A stretch of DNA of 63,839 nucleotides, filler included. It is 9 parts of 9 records of this genome, joined end to end, with 100 filler letters (N's around TTAATTAATTAA, not from the genome) between each part and the next. Parts side by side here need not be neighbours in the genome. Positions count along the whole stretch, not along the records: positions 17,662 to 24,678 come from SRR31156797_48885; positions 24,779 to 31,234 come from SRR31156797_48922; positions 31,335 to 36,821 come from SRR31156797_48946; 6 more parts are not named here. One strand, 5' to 3'. Made by a program: the position numbers and the translations under genes. The notes under the pieces are model-generated. The model was not told the DNA's origin and did not search any database. It saw nothing but the letters and a program-made list of their open reading frames with translations. Shown one piece after another: positions 19,759 to 33,190 of the stretch; position 1 is the first letter of the stretch, and the number at the start of each line of letters is the position of its first letter.

Positions 19759-20712
19759 ATGAATCTTTGTATTACGGGTGCGCTGGGACACATCGGCTCC
19801 AAACTGATCCGGAATCTACGGATACCCGGGCTCAAAAAAGTCTATCTTGTGGATAACCTGATGACGCAACGCTATGCCTCGCTCTTTGAACTGCCGGATA
19901 ATATCCATTTTATTTTCAAGGAGACCGACATCCTTTCTTCCGAGATGGAACAGATTATTGAGGACAGCGATGCACTGATACATTTAGCGGCCGTAACGGA
20001 TGCAGAGAGAAGCTTTGAAAGAGCAAAGGAGATTGAAGACATCAACAGAAACGGGCTCGGAAAGGTGGCCCGACGATGCGCCGATGCAAACTGCTCCATC
20101 CTTTTTCCCTCTTCCACCAGCGTGTATGGGAGTCAGAGGAAAGTAATGGATGAAACCTGCACCGAAGATGAACTCAAACCCCAGAGCCCTTATGCGGATT
20201 CGAAAATATTCGGAGAGAGGCTGTTGGCCGAACTATCCGGTAAAATGGGGCTGAGCTACCTCATATTCCGGATCGGCACCATCTTCGGCTATTCCATGGG
20301 AATGCGCTTTCATACGGCCGTCAATAAGTTCATCTGGCAGGCCTCCACAGGCCTGCCCATTACCGTATGGAAAACGGCCCTTCACCAGAAAAGACCCTAT
20401 TGCGGCCTGGCGGACTGTATCAACGCCATCAACTTTTTTGTGACCCATGATCATTTCAATGATTCTGTCTATAATATTGTAACGGCCAACTGCACGGTCC
20501 GGGAGATTGTCCATGTGATCAAGACCCATATTCCGGATCTTCAAGTCTCCCTTGTGGATTCGCCCATTATGAATCAGCTCTCTTATGAAGTCTCCAATCG
20601 CAGGTCCCTGGACCTGGGATTGACATACCATGACAGCATCGAAGAGAGCCTGCTGGTTGTTATGGGAAAGCTGAAAAACGTGAATAGCGAAATTAAGCGT
20701 TTTGGTATTTGA
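19759..20712 (+). CDS. Extended SDR, NAD-dependent epimerase/reductase
   Basis: [21 protein letters not shown]. Confidence 0.88.
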   Translation: MNLCITGALGHIGSKLIRNLRIPGLKKVYLVDNLMTQRYASLFELPDNIHFIFKETDILSSEMEQIIEDSDALIHLAAVTDAERSFERAKEIEDINRNGLGKVARRCADANCSILFPSSTSVYGSQRKVMDETCTEDELKPQSPYADSKIFGERLLAELSGKMGLSYLIFRIGTIFGYSMGMRFHTAVNKFIWQASTGLPITVWKTALHQKRPYCGLADCINAINFFVTHDHFNDSVYNIVTANCTVREIVHVIKTHIPDLQVSLVDSPIMNQLSYEVSNRRSLDLGLTYHDSIEESLLVVMGKLKNVNSEIKRFGI

Positions 20713-21836
20713 GCATGGACGTGCCGTTCCTGGATCCGAAAGAAACCTATCTGGCCCTTGAAAAGGAAATTGATGATGTGGTCAAGGGCGTTCTCAATGG
20801 GGGATGGTATATCCTGGGAGAGGATGTCCGCCGTTTTGAAAGGGAGTTTGCCGCCTACTGCGGTTGCAGGCACTGCGTGGGCGTGGGGAGCGGCATGGAT
20901 GCCCTGGAACTGCTCCTCATGGCCCACGGAATCGGTCCGGGGGCTGAAGTCATTGTGCCGGCCAACACCTATATCGCCACGGCCCTGGCGGTTTCACGGG
21001 CGGGAGCGACACCGGTCCTGGTGGAACCGGATCCGGCAACCTGCAATCTGGATCCCTCCGGGATCGAACCGGCCCTGACCTCCAGGACCCGTGCCGTCAT
21101 GGCCGTTCATCTCTACGGTCAAACGGCGGACATGACCACTATCCGATCCATCTGTGGGAAACATGACCTCAAACTCCTGGAGGATGCGGCCCAGGCCCAC
21201 GGCGCCATGCACCATGGGATCAAAGCCGGCGCCCTGGGTGACGGAGCGGGGTTCAGCTTTTATCCGGGAAAGAACCTGGGGGCCTTCGGCGACGGGGGCG
21301 CGGTGGTAACGGATGACCCGGCTGTGGCCGATTATATCCGAGCAGCCAGAAATTACGGCTCAAAGAAAAAATACTACAATGCCTTCAAAGGGATGAACAG
21401 CCGGTTGGATGAACTTCAGGCGGCGGTTCTGTGTGTCAAGTTGAAGCATTTGGACTCATGGAACCAAAAGCGGTCTGAAATCGCACAACTTTACTCAGAC
21501 CGGCTTGAAGCACCGGACAGAGATCTGGTTCTGCCCCATGTGGAAAAGGGGAACCGGCATGCGTGGCATCTATTCACCATAAGGTCGACCCGACGTGCAG
21601 AACTTCAGGCTTTTCTAAAACATCGTGGGATCGGAACTCTGATCCATTATCCCGTTCCCCTGTACGAGCAGGAGGCTTATGGGGAATTTCATCATCTGAA
21701 AGACAACTATCCCATTTCCACCGCCATTGCCCAGCAGACCCTGAGCCTTCCCATGGGGCCACATCTCTCCGAAGAAGCGACGCTCTTTGTCTGCGCGGCC
21801 ATAAATGAATTTTTGCACACAATATCGAACGTTTGA
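20709..21836 (+). CDS. DegT/DnrJ/EryC1/StrS sugar aminotransferase (FdtB-like)
   Basis: [37 protein letters not shown]. Confidence 0.93.
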   Translation: MSMDVPFLDPKETYLALEKEIDDVVKGVLNGGWYILGEDVRRFEREFAAYCGCRHCVGVGSGMDALELLLMAHGIGPGAEVIVPANTYIATALAVSRAGATPVLVEPDPATCNLDPSGIEPALTSRTRAVMAVHLYGQTADMTTIRSICGKHDLKLLEDAAQAHGAMHHGIKAGALGDGAGFSFYPGKNLGAFGDGGAVVTDDPAVADYIRAARNYGSKKKYYNAFKGMNSRLDELQAAVLCVKLKHLDSWNQKRSEIAQLYSDRLEAPDRDLVLPHVEKGNRHAWHLFTIRSTRRAELQAFLKHRGIGTLIHYPVPLYEQEAYGEFHHLKDNYPISTAIAQQTLSLPMGPHLSEEATLFVCAAINEFLHTISNV

Positions 21837-21839
21837 TCG

Positions 21840-23228
21840 TTAACGCACCGATTTCATCAGCATGGGAATCAACCGATTATCCGCAAAATTAAAGGCCCTT
21901 TTCATACATTTGTCCACATCCATGTACATGAACTCACCCGTTCGGCCTAATGTATAAATTCTATCCCGCAGATGGATGAAATCAAGGACCCGTTTCAGAT
22001 TGACAGCGTAATCTTTACGGTAAATGGGGTAGGCACTGGGCGCACGAACCAGCAGGAGACGCTTCACATCCCCGGGACCCAAAAAACCGTTTTCAGACAA
22101 GCTGCCGATGCACATGTTGAAAAGCGCCTCTTTGGAGGCGGTCCAGGCGGGGCTGTCTATCAGACACGGTATCTCAACCATGAGAATGTTTTCGCCCGGG
22201 GGACTTGTGGAAGGGCTGAATTGATTCATTTCCGTGATGCGGTTATAGGGACGATCCAGCACATAAATGTAACCGCAGTTGAGGATATTCTGCTTTTCCG
22301 TAACCATGCCGAGGGCGGTCAGGGCTCGATAATCCAACTTGGCGGCGGATTTTAGAACCGCCTGCGGGGGAGGCGGGGTCAACATCTTCACAAACCGGTT
22401 CAGGGGAATGGTGGACACCACATAATCGGTTTCAATTTCAGCCTGTTTGCCGTTGTTGCGGTATCGAACACGCATTCGATTGTTCGGCAGACTGTCTATG
22501 CCCACGGCTTTGCTGTTGAGTCTGATGACAGCACCGGCTTTCCGGGCCGACTCAGCTATCCTTTCAGCAATCTCGGCAAAGCCGTTAGCAGGGTAATAGG
22601 TGGGGAGCATCTCCCGTTCGATGAGCGACGCATCCTCTTTTCCGATAGATTTTTTCACCATCAGACGAAGGGTGTTGAAAAAACTCATCCGCGTATGGGT
22701 TGGAATTGTGCGCGACGACAACTGGGAACAGGGGACCTTCCAGAACTGCTCAGTGTAAGGTTTGAAAAAGGTTTTATAAAGATGTTCGCCGAAACTGTTG
22801 ATCGCCCAGTCTTCCACCGTTTCCGCCTCCTCCCCCGTGGGCCGGGGGGATTTTGAAAAAAACCTGCTTTTCAAAAAACTCAACGCCGTTCGGATGCCGG
22901 ATGCGATACCCATTTGGACAAGGACGTTATAGGCGGTCAGCGGATAGTCCAAATATTTCCCCTCGTAGTAAAATTTAACCTGCCGCGGCCGGGCCGGCAA
23001 TGTGTTGCCGAAAAGATCGAGAACGACATCTCCGATAAGATCATCCTCCGTAAAGAAAGAGTGTGGACCCACATCCATAGCGTAGCCGTCCTCCCTCAAG
23101 GTTCCCGCCAGCCCTCCCGGCATCTCATCCGATTCAATGATCGTGGCATCAATACCTTTAGAACCCAGCCGCCAGGCCAGGCTCAACCCTGAAAACCCAC
23201 CCCCTAAAATGACCACCCGTTGTTTCAC
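21840..23228 (-). CDS. FAD-dependent oxidoreductase (UDP-galactopyranose mutase / protoporphyrinogen oxidase-like family)
   Basis: GGGFSG FAD motif; GGLA.T...DVGPH; YTEQFW; GRTGEFMYMDVD. Confidence 0.8.
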   Translation of the reverse strand: MKQRVVILGGGFSGLSLAWRLGSKGIDATIIESDEMPGGLAGTLREDGYAMDVGPHSFFTEDDLIGDVVLDLFGNTLPARPRQVKFYYEGKYLDYPLTAYNVLVQMGIASGIRTALSFLKSRFFSKSPRPTGEEAETVEDWAINSFGEHLYKTFFKPYTEQFWKVPCSQLSSRTIPTHTRMSFFNTLRLMVKKSIGKEDASLIEREMLPTYYPANGFAEIAERIAESARKAGAVIRLNSKAVGIDSLPNNRMRVRYRNNGKQAEIETDYVVSTIPLNRFVKMLTPPPPQAVLKSAAKLDYRALTALGMVTEKQNILNCGYIYVLDRPYNRITEMNQFSPSTSPPGENILMVEIPCLIDSPAWTASKEALFNMCIGSLSENGFLGPGDVKRLLLVRAPSAYPIYRKDYAVNLKRVLDFIHLRDRIYTLGRTGEFMYMDVDKCMKRAFNFADNRLIPMLMKSVR

Positions 23229-23273
23229 AAATCCACCGTTACGATATATAATTTCGGCTTTGGTAACATCCCA

Positions 23274-24638
23274 TCAACCCGTATTTAAGTCACGGCCTTC
23301 AACCGGGGGTTGAGCCTCAAATTCCCCATAAAGACGAAATAGCAGCAGAATCCAAAATATCAGGGAGGAAATCCCTATGGTTATGGCGATATCATATGGA
23401 GAAGCAGCCGGCACCAATAGTCGAAGGGGCAACAGGGCATAAATGAAAAACAAGACTCCGCTGAGTAATTCTATTGTGATCCCACTTTTTTTCCCAGAGG
23501 CCTGATTCTTAATTCCAACCGGATTCATCAAAGCGAGTAAAACGATTGCCAAGAGCAAAAAGTAGTGATCCCAGACCACTTTATAGGCCATGAAAACCAT
23601 AATAAGGCCCGCTCCCATTCCTAATAGATCCATCATTAATTCGTTGGTAGCAGAATTAGCACTGAGTTGAACTTTCTTTCGTCCGGCAAGCCAACAGCAT
23701 AGAACCAAGGAAAAAAGAAACCCCAAAAAAATCACCATGGAGATGTCAATTCCAAAATAGTGGTCAACCAAACACGCCAGGCTCAGGTTATTAACCTCCA
23801 TTGGACCCGCATTTTTTTGGACATCAACCAAAACTTGAAACCAGCGCAACCAACAAGAAAAAGAACCATAGAAAAAAGCGGAATAGCAGATGGCAAGCAG
23901 TCCTCCTAAAAATCCACCGACCATTACAAAAATCAGTTTTTGATACCGTCTTCGGAAAAACCAGAGTATGGCCAATGAAATGGGTACTCCGATAATGTTC
24001 GGTTTCAATAGAACACTTATACCCAATAACGCTCCCCCGATAATGAATGAAAAGCGATTATTAAAACGGCCCCAAAGCAATATACAAATTCCCAAGATAC
24101 CTGACTGTATCCGGGCCAGGTTTGCCACCTCCGTGTCACTATGAAAAGGCGAGCAAAATAGAAATAAAAATGAAATTATTATTAGGACTGTTGAAATACC
24201 ATTTCCCAAAGCACGGCCGATTGCATAGACGGTAAAACAAAAGATGAGAGTTGAGAAAGATTGGAAGATGGCCAAATCCAAATCATAATCCCCCGAGGTA
24301 GTACTCGCCAGAGAGGCATATAGCAAGGGGGTTGAGTCCGGCAAATGACCCGGCTCATACATTTTAGCATTCCATAGGGCAGCGGTTCTGAACCTCGAGT
24401 CATTCACATCTTTCATGGCTTTTCCAAAATACTTCCTTTCTACAAATTCAGCGAATTCATTTGAATAGAAATTCGGTACATGGGAACCTCTGACTTCCTG
24501 ACCATAAATCCATAGATGATAGAAATCATATCCAGCTTGCTTCCAGGTGAAGTGGTATAGCTGTAGAAGAGCGCAAAGCATGAGGCAAACAGACACAATG
24601 GTGGCGGTTACCGTTTTTTTAGTATTTGAGATCTCCAA
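23274..24638 (-). CDS. Polytopic membrane glycosyltransferase, GT87/DUF2029-like (GT-C fold)
   Basis: YDFYHLW N-terminal Asp; GALLG.S..LKP; NNLSL; VWDHY; many TM helices. Confidence 0.65.
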   Translation of the reverse strand: MEISNTKKTVTATIVSVCLMLCALLQLYHFTWKQAGYDFYHLWIYGQEVRGSHVPNFYSNEFAEFVERKYFGKAMKDVNDSRFRTAALWNAKMYEPGHLPDSTPLLYASLASTTSGDYDLDLAIFQSFSTLIFCFTVYAIGRALGNGISTVLIIISFLFLFCSPFHSDTEVANLARIQSGILGICILLWGRFNNRFSFIIGGALLGISVLLKPNIIGVPISLAILWFFRRRYQKLIFVMVGGFLGGLLAICYSAFFYGSFSCWLRWFQVLVDVQKNAGPMEVNNLSLACLVDHYFGIDISMVIFLGFLFSLVLCCWLAGRKKVQLSANSATNELMMDLLGMGAGLIMVFMAYKVVWDHYFLLLAIVLLALMNPVGIKNQASGKKSGITIELLSGVLFFIYALLPLRLLVPAASPYDIAITIGISSLIFWILLLFRLYGEFEAQPPVEGRDLNTG

Positions 24639-24678
24639 TCAACAATCACCTTTGTTGGACGAAGCCGCTAGCGCGGCA

Positions 24679-24778
24679 NNNNNNNNNNNNNNNNNNNNNN
24701 NNNNNNNNNNNNNNNNNNNNNNTTAATTAATTAANNNNNNNNNNNNNNNNNNNNNNNNNNNNNNNNNNNNNNNNNNNN
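24679..24778. other. Artificial contig spacer 3
   Basis: N44-TTAATTAATTAA-N44. Confidence 0.99.
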
Positions 24779-24801
24779 AAGGCCCCTGAGGGTGTAAAGC
24801 C

Positions 24802-25812
24802 TTATTCCATACCGTATCTTTGCCTGGCTTCCCGGCCAATTTTTCCAACATCAAGCTCCAGGTCCTTGACCGGCGATATGAGTTTGGCGGTCGTCCTTAA
24901 CAAACGCTTGCCCGGCGTGGTTTTCGGATAAAACCTTAAAACGCCTATGACCTGCGTGCCCTCGTATTCGGCAAAAATATCGCTTGGCTGACAGTCGTCC
25001 TTGATATCAAGCTCGTTCAATAAATCGCTGGTCGGCTCTTCCAGTGTAAATGTCGCGAACTCGCCGAATTTACCCAGGCCGAGTATCCTGGTCAGGCCGG
25101 TGTAAACTCTTTCCTTGTACATGGTGGTGTGGCAAACAACTACATAGGGCGGGGCCAGCGGGATGCCGTTTTCGCCCATTATCGGTTTTCTTGAAGCGCC
25201 CACGCCGGTCCAGAAGGTATCTTCCTCCTGCCCGCGCAGCCCGAAAACGTTGCGGCATTGAACGTAGTAAAGCATTGGTTCGGTAATGCATACGGCAATG
25301 CACGAACTGAGCTTGGTCCTGGCGCCGTATGGAGCGTTTACATATCCCGGGCAAAGGCTGCGGGTAATATGGAAGGAATTGATTTTTTCCGGGGGCGACG
25401 AGGCGGCCATGCTCTTTCTCTTCATGGCCGCCTGCTTGATGGCCAGTATATTGCCGGACATTTCAGCGAAAAAGCCGTTGTTGATATTGATGCCCACGGC
25501 CATGCCGTCTGGATATAACAGGGTGGCATTGTCGTAGCGCATGGCTTCCCTGATCATTTTACGAAACTGGTCCGGGCCCGGTTCCCTGAATTTCTGTTTT
25601 TCTACCGGCTTTTTGTCGCTGTCTTCAAAAATAAAATGGCCGGGGACGAACATTGCCCCCTTATTATCGAATTCCCCTGTCGATCCTTCATCATCGATTT
25701 TCGGAAATCGGCCTTCCTTTTTCAGGGCGAGCATTTTCCAGGCCGTGTCCAGACGTATAGAAGCTATCTCCTTCATCAGTTCATTGCGGATTATGTCTTT
25801 TACCGTTGCCAA
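24802..25812 (-). CDS. Hypothetical protein, possibly a divergent diadenylate-cyclase (DisA_N)-like fold
   Basis: 336-aa ORF, TTG start with GAGG RBS; motif order GAMFV / YDNATLL / YGARTK / VVVCHTT. The ORF looks real; the fold call is tentative. Confidence 0.6.
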   Translation of the reverse strand: MATVKDIIRNELMKEIASIRLDTAWKMLALKKEGRFPKIDDEGSTGEFDNKGAMFVPGHFIFEDSDKKPVEKQKFREPGPDQFRKMIREAMRYDNATLLYPDGMAVGININNGFFAEMSGNILAIKQAAMKRKSMAASSPPEKINSFHITRSLCPGYVNAPYGARTKLSSCIAVCITEPMLYYVQCRNVFGLRGQEEDTFWTGVGASRKPIMGENGIPLAPPYVVVCHTTMYKERVYTGLTRILGLGKFGEFATFTLEEPTSDLLNELDIKDDCQPSDIFAEYEGTQVIGVLRFYPKTTPGKRLLRTTAKLISPVKDLELDVGKIGREARQRYGME

Positions 25813-26015
25813 GATCTTTCCTCGATGCAGTTTTATTTAGATGTATGGATGTCGCGCCACGTCCCCCCGGCCGGGCTATTATGATTTGCATCGGATGCAG
25901 GAAGTGTACAGGCGCGGTGTGATAACTATTAAAAAGTATCAGCCTGTTAAAAGAAATTCAAGATTAATGGGAATTAAATTATATCAAAATCGACGTTTTG
26001 AACAATACAAGGCGG

Positions 26016-26048
26016 AAAAGGCGCCGACATATTATCCGGCGCCCTTTT
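26016..26048. terminator. Intrinsic terminator after argJ (bidirectional-type)
   Basis: AAAAGGCGCCG...CGGCGCCCTTTT. Confidence 0.7.
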
Positions 26049-26082
26049 ATTTAGCCTGTTTTTAAAGAAATTCGATCAGTCG

Positions 26083-27261
26083 TCAGGAACGATAGTCCGC
26101 GTTGATTTTTACGTAATCGTATGAAAAGTCGCAGGTCAGGACCTCAGCCGAACCACTGCCCTCGCCCAGGTCTATATTGATTGCGTATTCCTTTTTCTTC
26201 ATGACTTCAACAGCCGCAGCCTCATTACCGGCGGCCAAACCCTGACGGGCCAGGTATGCATCGTCCACGGCAATATCCACTTTGTTCTGGTCGAATTCCG
26301 CGCCGCTGCGGCCCAGGGCGCATATAATCCGGCCCCAGTTGGCGTCTTCGCCGAACAAGGCGGTCTTTACCAGGGGCGAGTTGGCCACGGTCATGGCCGC
26401 TGCCTTGGCCTGGTTTTCATCCTTGGCATTGTTGACGCAAATTTTGACCAGTTTGGTGGCGCCTTCGCCGTCGGCCGCGACCATGCGGGCCAGCTCGGTC
26501 ATAACCTCATTAAAAGCTTTTTTGAATTCCGAAGCGCCCGTTGAATCGTCACCGGTTAAAACTTCATTCCCGGCCGCGCCGCTTGCCAGGGAAATGACCG
26601 TGTCATTGGTCGAAGTATCGCTGTCAACCGTGATCCTGTTAAAAGTCATTTCCGCGGCATTGCTCAGAACCGATTGAAGCCAGTCCGCGTCGACCGCGGC
26701 ATCCGTCAGAACGACGGAAAGCATGGTGGCCATGTTGGGCGCGATCATGCCCGAACCCTTGGCCATGCCCACAACTGTGAAAGGCTTATCTTTAATCAAT
26801 CCCTCGGACGAAACAATCTTGTAGTGCGTATCCGTGGTCATTATGGCCCGGGCCACTTCTTCAAGGTTGTCTTCTTCAAGGTTTTCAGCCAGCATAGGCG
26901 CCATTTCTTCCAGTTTTTCAATATTGATCGGCTCGCCGATTACTCCGGTGGAAGCCAAAAGCACATCCGATTCATCGCATCCGACAATCGCGGATACCGC
27001 CTTGGCCGACCTGGCCGCGTCGGCCAGGCCCTGATCGCCGGTGCAGGCATTGGCCTGGCCCGCGTTCATGAGTACTGCCGCGGCCTTGCCGTTTGAAACT
27101 TTTTCCTTTGACCATTGCACGGGCGCAGCGCAAACAATGTTTTTGGTAAATACGCCCGCGGCCGCGACCGGCCCCGAGGCAATTATAAGGCCGAGATCCG
27201 GCCGTCCGGTATACCGAAGATCCGCGGCGATCGCGGCGGCTTTAAATCCGGGAACTTTCAT
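26083..27261 (-). CDS. argJ: Ornithine acetyltransferase / N-acetylglutamate synthase
   Basis: STGVIG; IMTTDT; AKGSGMIAPNMATML; DTSTND; DGEGATK; YVKINADYRS. Confidence 0.96.
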   Translation of the reverse strand: MKVPGFKAAAIAADLRYTGRPDLGLIIASGPVAAAGVFTKNIVCAAPVQWSKEKVSNGKAAAVLMNAGQANACTGDQGLADAARSAKAVSAIVGCDESDVLLASTGVIGEPINIEKLEEMAPMLAENLEEDNLEEVARAIMTTDTHYKIVSSEGLIKDKPFTVVGMAKGSGMIAPNMATMLSVVLTDAAVDADWLQSVLSNAAEMTFNRITVDSDTSTNDTVISLASGAAGNEVLTGDDSTGASEFKKAFNEVMTELARMVAADGEGATKLVKICVNNAKDENQAKAAAMTVANSPLVKTALFGEDANWGRIICALGRSGAEFDQNKVDIAVDDAYLARQGLAAGNEAAAVEVMKKKEYAINIDLGEGSGSAEVLTCDFSYDYVKINADYRS

Positions 27262-27308
27262 TTCATTTTCTCCTATAAACTCTTATCGGTTCGGCCAAAA
27301 CAATCGAT

Positions 27309-29828
<2,520 letters not shown>

Positions 29829-29843
29829 GGCTGTTATTTCCTG

Positions 29844-29880
29844 TAAAAAAACGAAAACCCCGATAAGCCTCTTATCGGGG
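29844..29880 (-). terminator. Terminator-like hairpin between the M23 gene and secA
   Basis: Minus strand CCCCGATAAG-agg-CTTATCGGGG followed by TTTTCGTTTTTTT. Confidence 0.6.
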
Positions 29881-29931
29881 GAAGGGTGTTCTTTTTGGGT
29901 ACTAATCTCCCGCCCGGGGATTCGGCGGCTG

Positions 29932-30861
29932 CTACTTTTTGGCCTCCAGGTATTGCATTGGATTAACCGGAATTCCGTTGAGGATGGTTTCATAATGCAA
30001 ATGGGGGCCGGTGACTCGGCCGGTAGCGCCGACAGCGCAAATCTTTTCCCCTCGTTTCACGCGCTGACCGGCTTCAACAAAAGCCTCCGAAATATGGGCG
30101 TACCGGGTGACCAGTCCATAACCATGGTTGAGCACCAGGATCATGCCATAGCCCGAGTTCCAGTCGACAGAAACAACTCTGCCGTCCGCAGGAGCCGTTA
30201 TCGGGGCGCCATTGGGGGCGCTTATATCCAGGCCGCGGTGAAATTCACTGCTGCGCCCGCCGAACGGATTCTTGCGGTATCCGAAAAATGATGTGATCGG
30301 CCCTCTTAAAGGCCACGAATCAGGCGTGGAAGCCATAATTGATTTCGTGTCCTCAAAAAGACGGCCGAGCCTGTGTTGATTTGTTTCCTGGACGCCGGCT
30401 TCGGCCAACAACCTGTCCAGGTCCTTATGCATGCGCCGAACAAGGCTTTTGGTGTTTGCCTTTAATGACAAAGCCGGGCCGGCAGCCCCGCTGTCCGAAC
30501 CGCCCATGCCGGTGAGGGCTGCGTCCTTGGCTGTCGGCGCTTTGGCGGTCATGGCTCTCAGCTTGAGATCGTATTGCCTGAGCCTGGCCATTTCCTGTTC
30601 CAACAATTTTATTTTATCGGCAAATGCATGGATTTGAATGTCCTGCTGCACAGTCCGGCGGCAAAGCCGTTCGACATCGGCTGTTTGCCTGTTTATCCGG
30701 TTCAATTCCTTGTGGGCGTATACGGCGTAGCCGACCGCGCAGCCCGTAATTATCAATAAACAAAGAATTCCCAGCGTGGGAAAAAACCTAGGCAGTGTGT
30801 AACGCTTTACCTTGTTGGTTCCCTGGGGAAGGATGAGAAATGTTACTTTTTTTCCGAGCAA
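29932..30861 (-). CDS. M23-family peptidoglycan metallo-endopeptidase
   Basis: TM helix + coiled coil; [16 protein letters not shown] motifs. Confidence 0.92.
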   Translation of the reverse strand: MLGKKVTFLILPQGTNKVKRYTLPRFFPTLGILCLLIITGCAVGYAVYAHKELNRINRQTADVERLCRRTVQQDIQIHAFADKIKLLEQEMARLRQYDLKLRAMTAKAPTAKDAALTGMGGSDSGAAGPALSLKANTKSLVRRMHKDLDRLLAEAGVQETNQHRLGRLFEDTKSIMASTPDSWPLRGPITSFFGYRKNPFGGRSSEFHRGLDISAPNGAPITAPADGRVVSVDWNSGYGMILVLNHGYGLVTRYAHISEAFVEAGQRVKRGEKICAVGATGRVTGPHLHYETILNGIPVNPMQYLEAKK

Positions 30862-31204
30862 ATCAATTCCCTAGAATTAGATCTAAATAAATCCATCCAT
30901 TTGATAAAAGGACAGAAAACAACTAAACCGGTGGGATGCTAACATGTAAGTTTTTCTTAGTCAAGAAAGTTCGGACCCAAAATATCGTGATTAATTCATC
31001 AAAATGGCAAAACCACAAAACCTTGTTCGACTTAACAAACGGAACACTATATAGAGTTGTTTTTTAGATATTTTTTTGTGAGTTTTTTCTCTTTACCAAG
31101 GGCCTTTTTAAGAAAAAAGCTATCCGTTCACTCCCTTATTCACTACTTTTTCGGTCAAGTGTTACCACTGTTATTTCCCTGAAATAATTTATGGCAACCT
31201 CTTC

Positions 31205-31234
31205 GTAGGTTGGGTTACGCTGCGCTAACCCAAC
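31205..31234 (+). repeat. GTAG-type REP-like palindrome at the contig end
   Basis: GTAG-GTTGGGTTA-cgctgcgc-TAACCCAAC; the contig ends on its last base. Confidence 0.55.
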
Positions 31235-31334
31235 NNNNNNNNNNNNNNNNNNNNNNNNNNNNNNNNNNNNNNNNNNNNTTAATTAATTAANNNNNNNNNN
31301 NNNNNNNNNNNNNNNNNNNNNNNNNNNNNNNNNN
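31235..31334. other. Artificial contig spacer 4
   Basis: N44-TTAATTAATTAA-N44. Confidence 0.99.
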
Positions 31335-31737
<403 letters not shown>

Positions 31738-31755
31738 TAATTAAGTTCTTAAAAT

Positions 31756-31786
31756 AAAAGGCGAAGCTTTGGCTTTGCCTTTTTTT
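31756..31786 (+). terminator. Intrinsic terminator after icd
   Basis: AAAAGGCGAAGC-tttg-GCTTTGCCTTTTTTT. Confidence 0.75.
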
Positions 31787-31828
31787 ATGCCCAAAAAGTT
31801 ATAATTTCAAAAAATAAAAGGAAATATC

Positions 31829-32776
31829 TTGATTAACAAAAAAGTAAGTATTATTGGAGTTGGTAATGTAGGTTCAACTTTAGCATATGCTTTAGCAAAT
31901 AAGGGTATTTGCTCTTCTATTGTCCTAAAAGATATACGTGAAAATATAGTTCAAGCTATGGCATTAGATATTTCTCAAAGTGCAAATGCTGCAAAATCTC
32001 ATACCGTAGTTCATGCTGCACGTGATGGAAAAGATTTAGAAAATAGTGATGTTATAGTTGTAACAGCTGGAATTCCACGAAAACCTGGAATGAGTAGAGA
32101 TGATTTACTTCTTACAAATGCAAAAATTATGAAAAGTGTAATAGATGATATTAAAACTTATGCTTCAAAAGCAATTGTTATTATCGTATCAAATCCACTT
32201 GATGCTATGGTTTATACTGCACTTAAAACATCTGGTTTTCCTGCAAATCAAATTGTTGGAATGGCAGGTATTCTAGATAGTGCGAGAATGTCTCACTTTA
32301 TTTTAGAAAAAATAGGCTTTGGAGCAGGACAAATTGAATCATCTGTAATGGGTGGACATGGAGATGACATGGTTCCACTTCCAAACTACTCAACTGTTGC
32401 AGGTGTACCTATTCCAGAACTACTTCCAAAAGAAGAGATTGAAGAGATTGTTGAAAAAACAAAAAATGGTGGTCTTCAAATAGTAAAACTACTAGAAACA
32501 GGTTCAGCATATTATGCACCTGCTCACGCAACTTCTTTAATGGTAGAAGCTATTTTAAACAACCAAAAGAAAATCTATCCTTGTTCAGTATATTTAAATG
32601 GAGAATATGGATATAAAGATGTAGTTGGTGGTGTTCCAGTAATGCTTGGAAGTAATGGAGTAGAAAAGATTTTTGAACTAAAATTAGATGATGAACAAAA
32701 AAAGCTTTTTGATAAGTCTATCTCTTCAGTTCAAGAACTAATAGATACTTTAGAAAATAAGTTTTTTAAAGATTAA
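31829..32776 (+). CDS. mdh: Malate dehydrogenase, LDH-like type
   Basis: GVGNVG; TAGIPRKPGMSRDDL; NPLDAM; LDSAR; GGHGD; GSAYYAP. Confidence 0.94.
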   Translation: MINKKVSIIGVGNVGSTLAYALANKGICSSIVLKDIRENIVQAMALDISQSANAAKSHTVVHAARDGKDLENSDVIVVTAGIPRKPGMSRDDLLLTNAKIMKSVIDDIKTYASKAIVIIVSNPLDAMVYTALKTSGFPANQIVGMAGILDSARMSHFILEKIGFGAGQIESSVMGGHGDDMVPLPNYSTVAGVPIPELLPKEEIEEIVEKTKNGGLQIVKLLETGSAYYAPAHATSLMVEAILNNQKKIYPCSVYLNGEYGYKDVVGGVPVMLGSNGVEKIFELKLDDEQKKLFDKSISSVQELIDTLENKFFKD

Positions 32777-32831
32777 AGATATTTTTCACACTTCTTAGAT
32801 AAGATTACAAAAATTTAAAAAAGGTATAAAT

Positions 32832-33122
32832 ATGAAGAAAACATATGAAGTACACAATGTAAAATGTGGTGGTTGTGCGAACACTTTAATAAACTCTTTA
32901 AAAGAAACTTTTGGAGAAGTTGAAGTTAACCTAGATGTACAGCCAAGGCAAATTACTCTTGAGATAGAAGATAATAAAGAAGAAGAGTTAAAACTAAGCC
33001 TTAGAAAGCTAGGATATCCTCTTACAAGTGATGAACTATCAGGCTTTGATAAAGCAGCTACTACAGCTAAAAGTTTTGTTTCTTGTGCTGTAGGTAAATT
33101 TAACGTAGCAACTTCTAAATAA
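32832..33122 (+). CDS. Heavy-metal-associated (HMA) domain protein
   Basis: NVKCGGCAN; LGYP; AKSFVSCAVG tail. Confidence 0.85.
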   Translation: MKKTYEVHNVKCGGCANTLINSLKETFGEVEVNLDVQPRQITLEIEDNKEEELKLSLRKLGYPLTSDELSGFDKAATTAKSFVSCAVGKFNVATSK

Positions 33123-33190
33123 ATCACTTTCTAATATTTTAAACAAATAATCTATACAATCATAATAGAACATCTTTAAAGGAGTCTATT

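Noticed and set aside
24645-24678. GTTGGAC (GTTRRRY) as an integron attC end
   Set aside because: No matching RYYYAAC arm or cassette structure; only a few bases remain before the contig edge.
29829-29993. N-terminal extension of SecA in the ORF track (likewise ThrS 53384-53506, M32 51437-51493 and the methyltransferase 59458-59949)
   Set aside because: Longest-ORF artefacts. Family similarity and RBS or stop-start overlaps support the internal ATGs.
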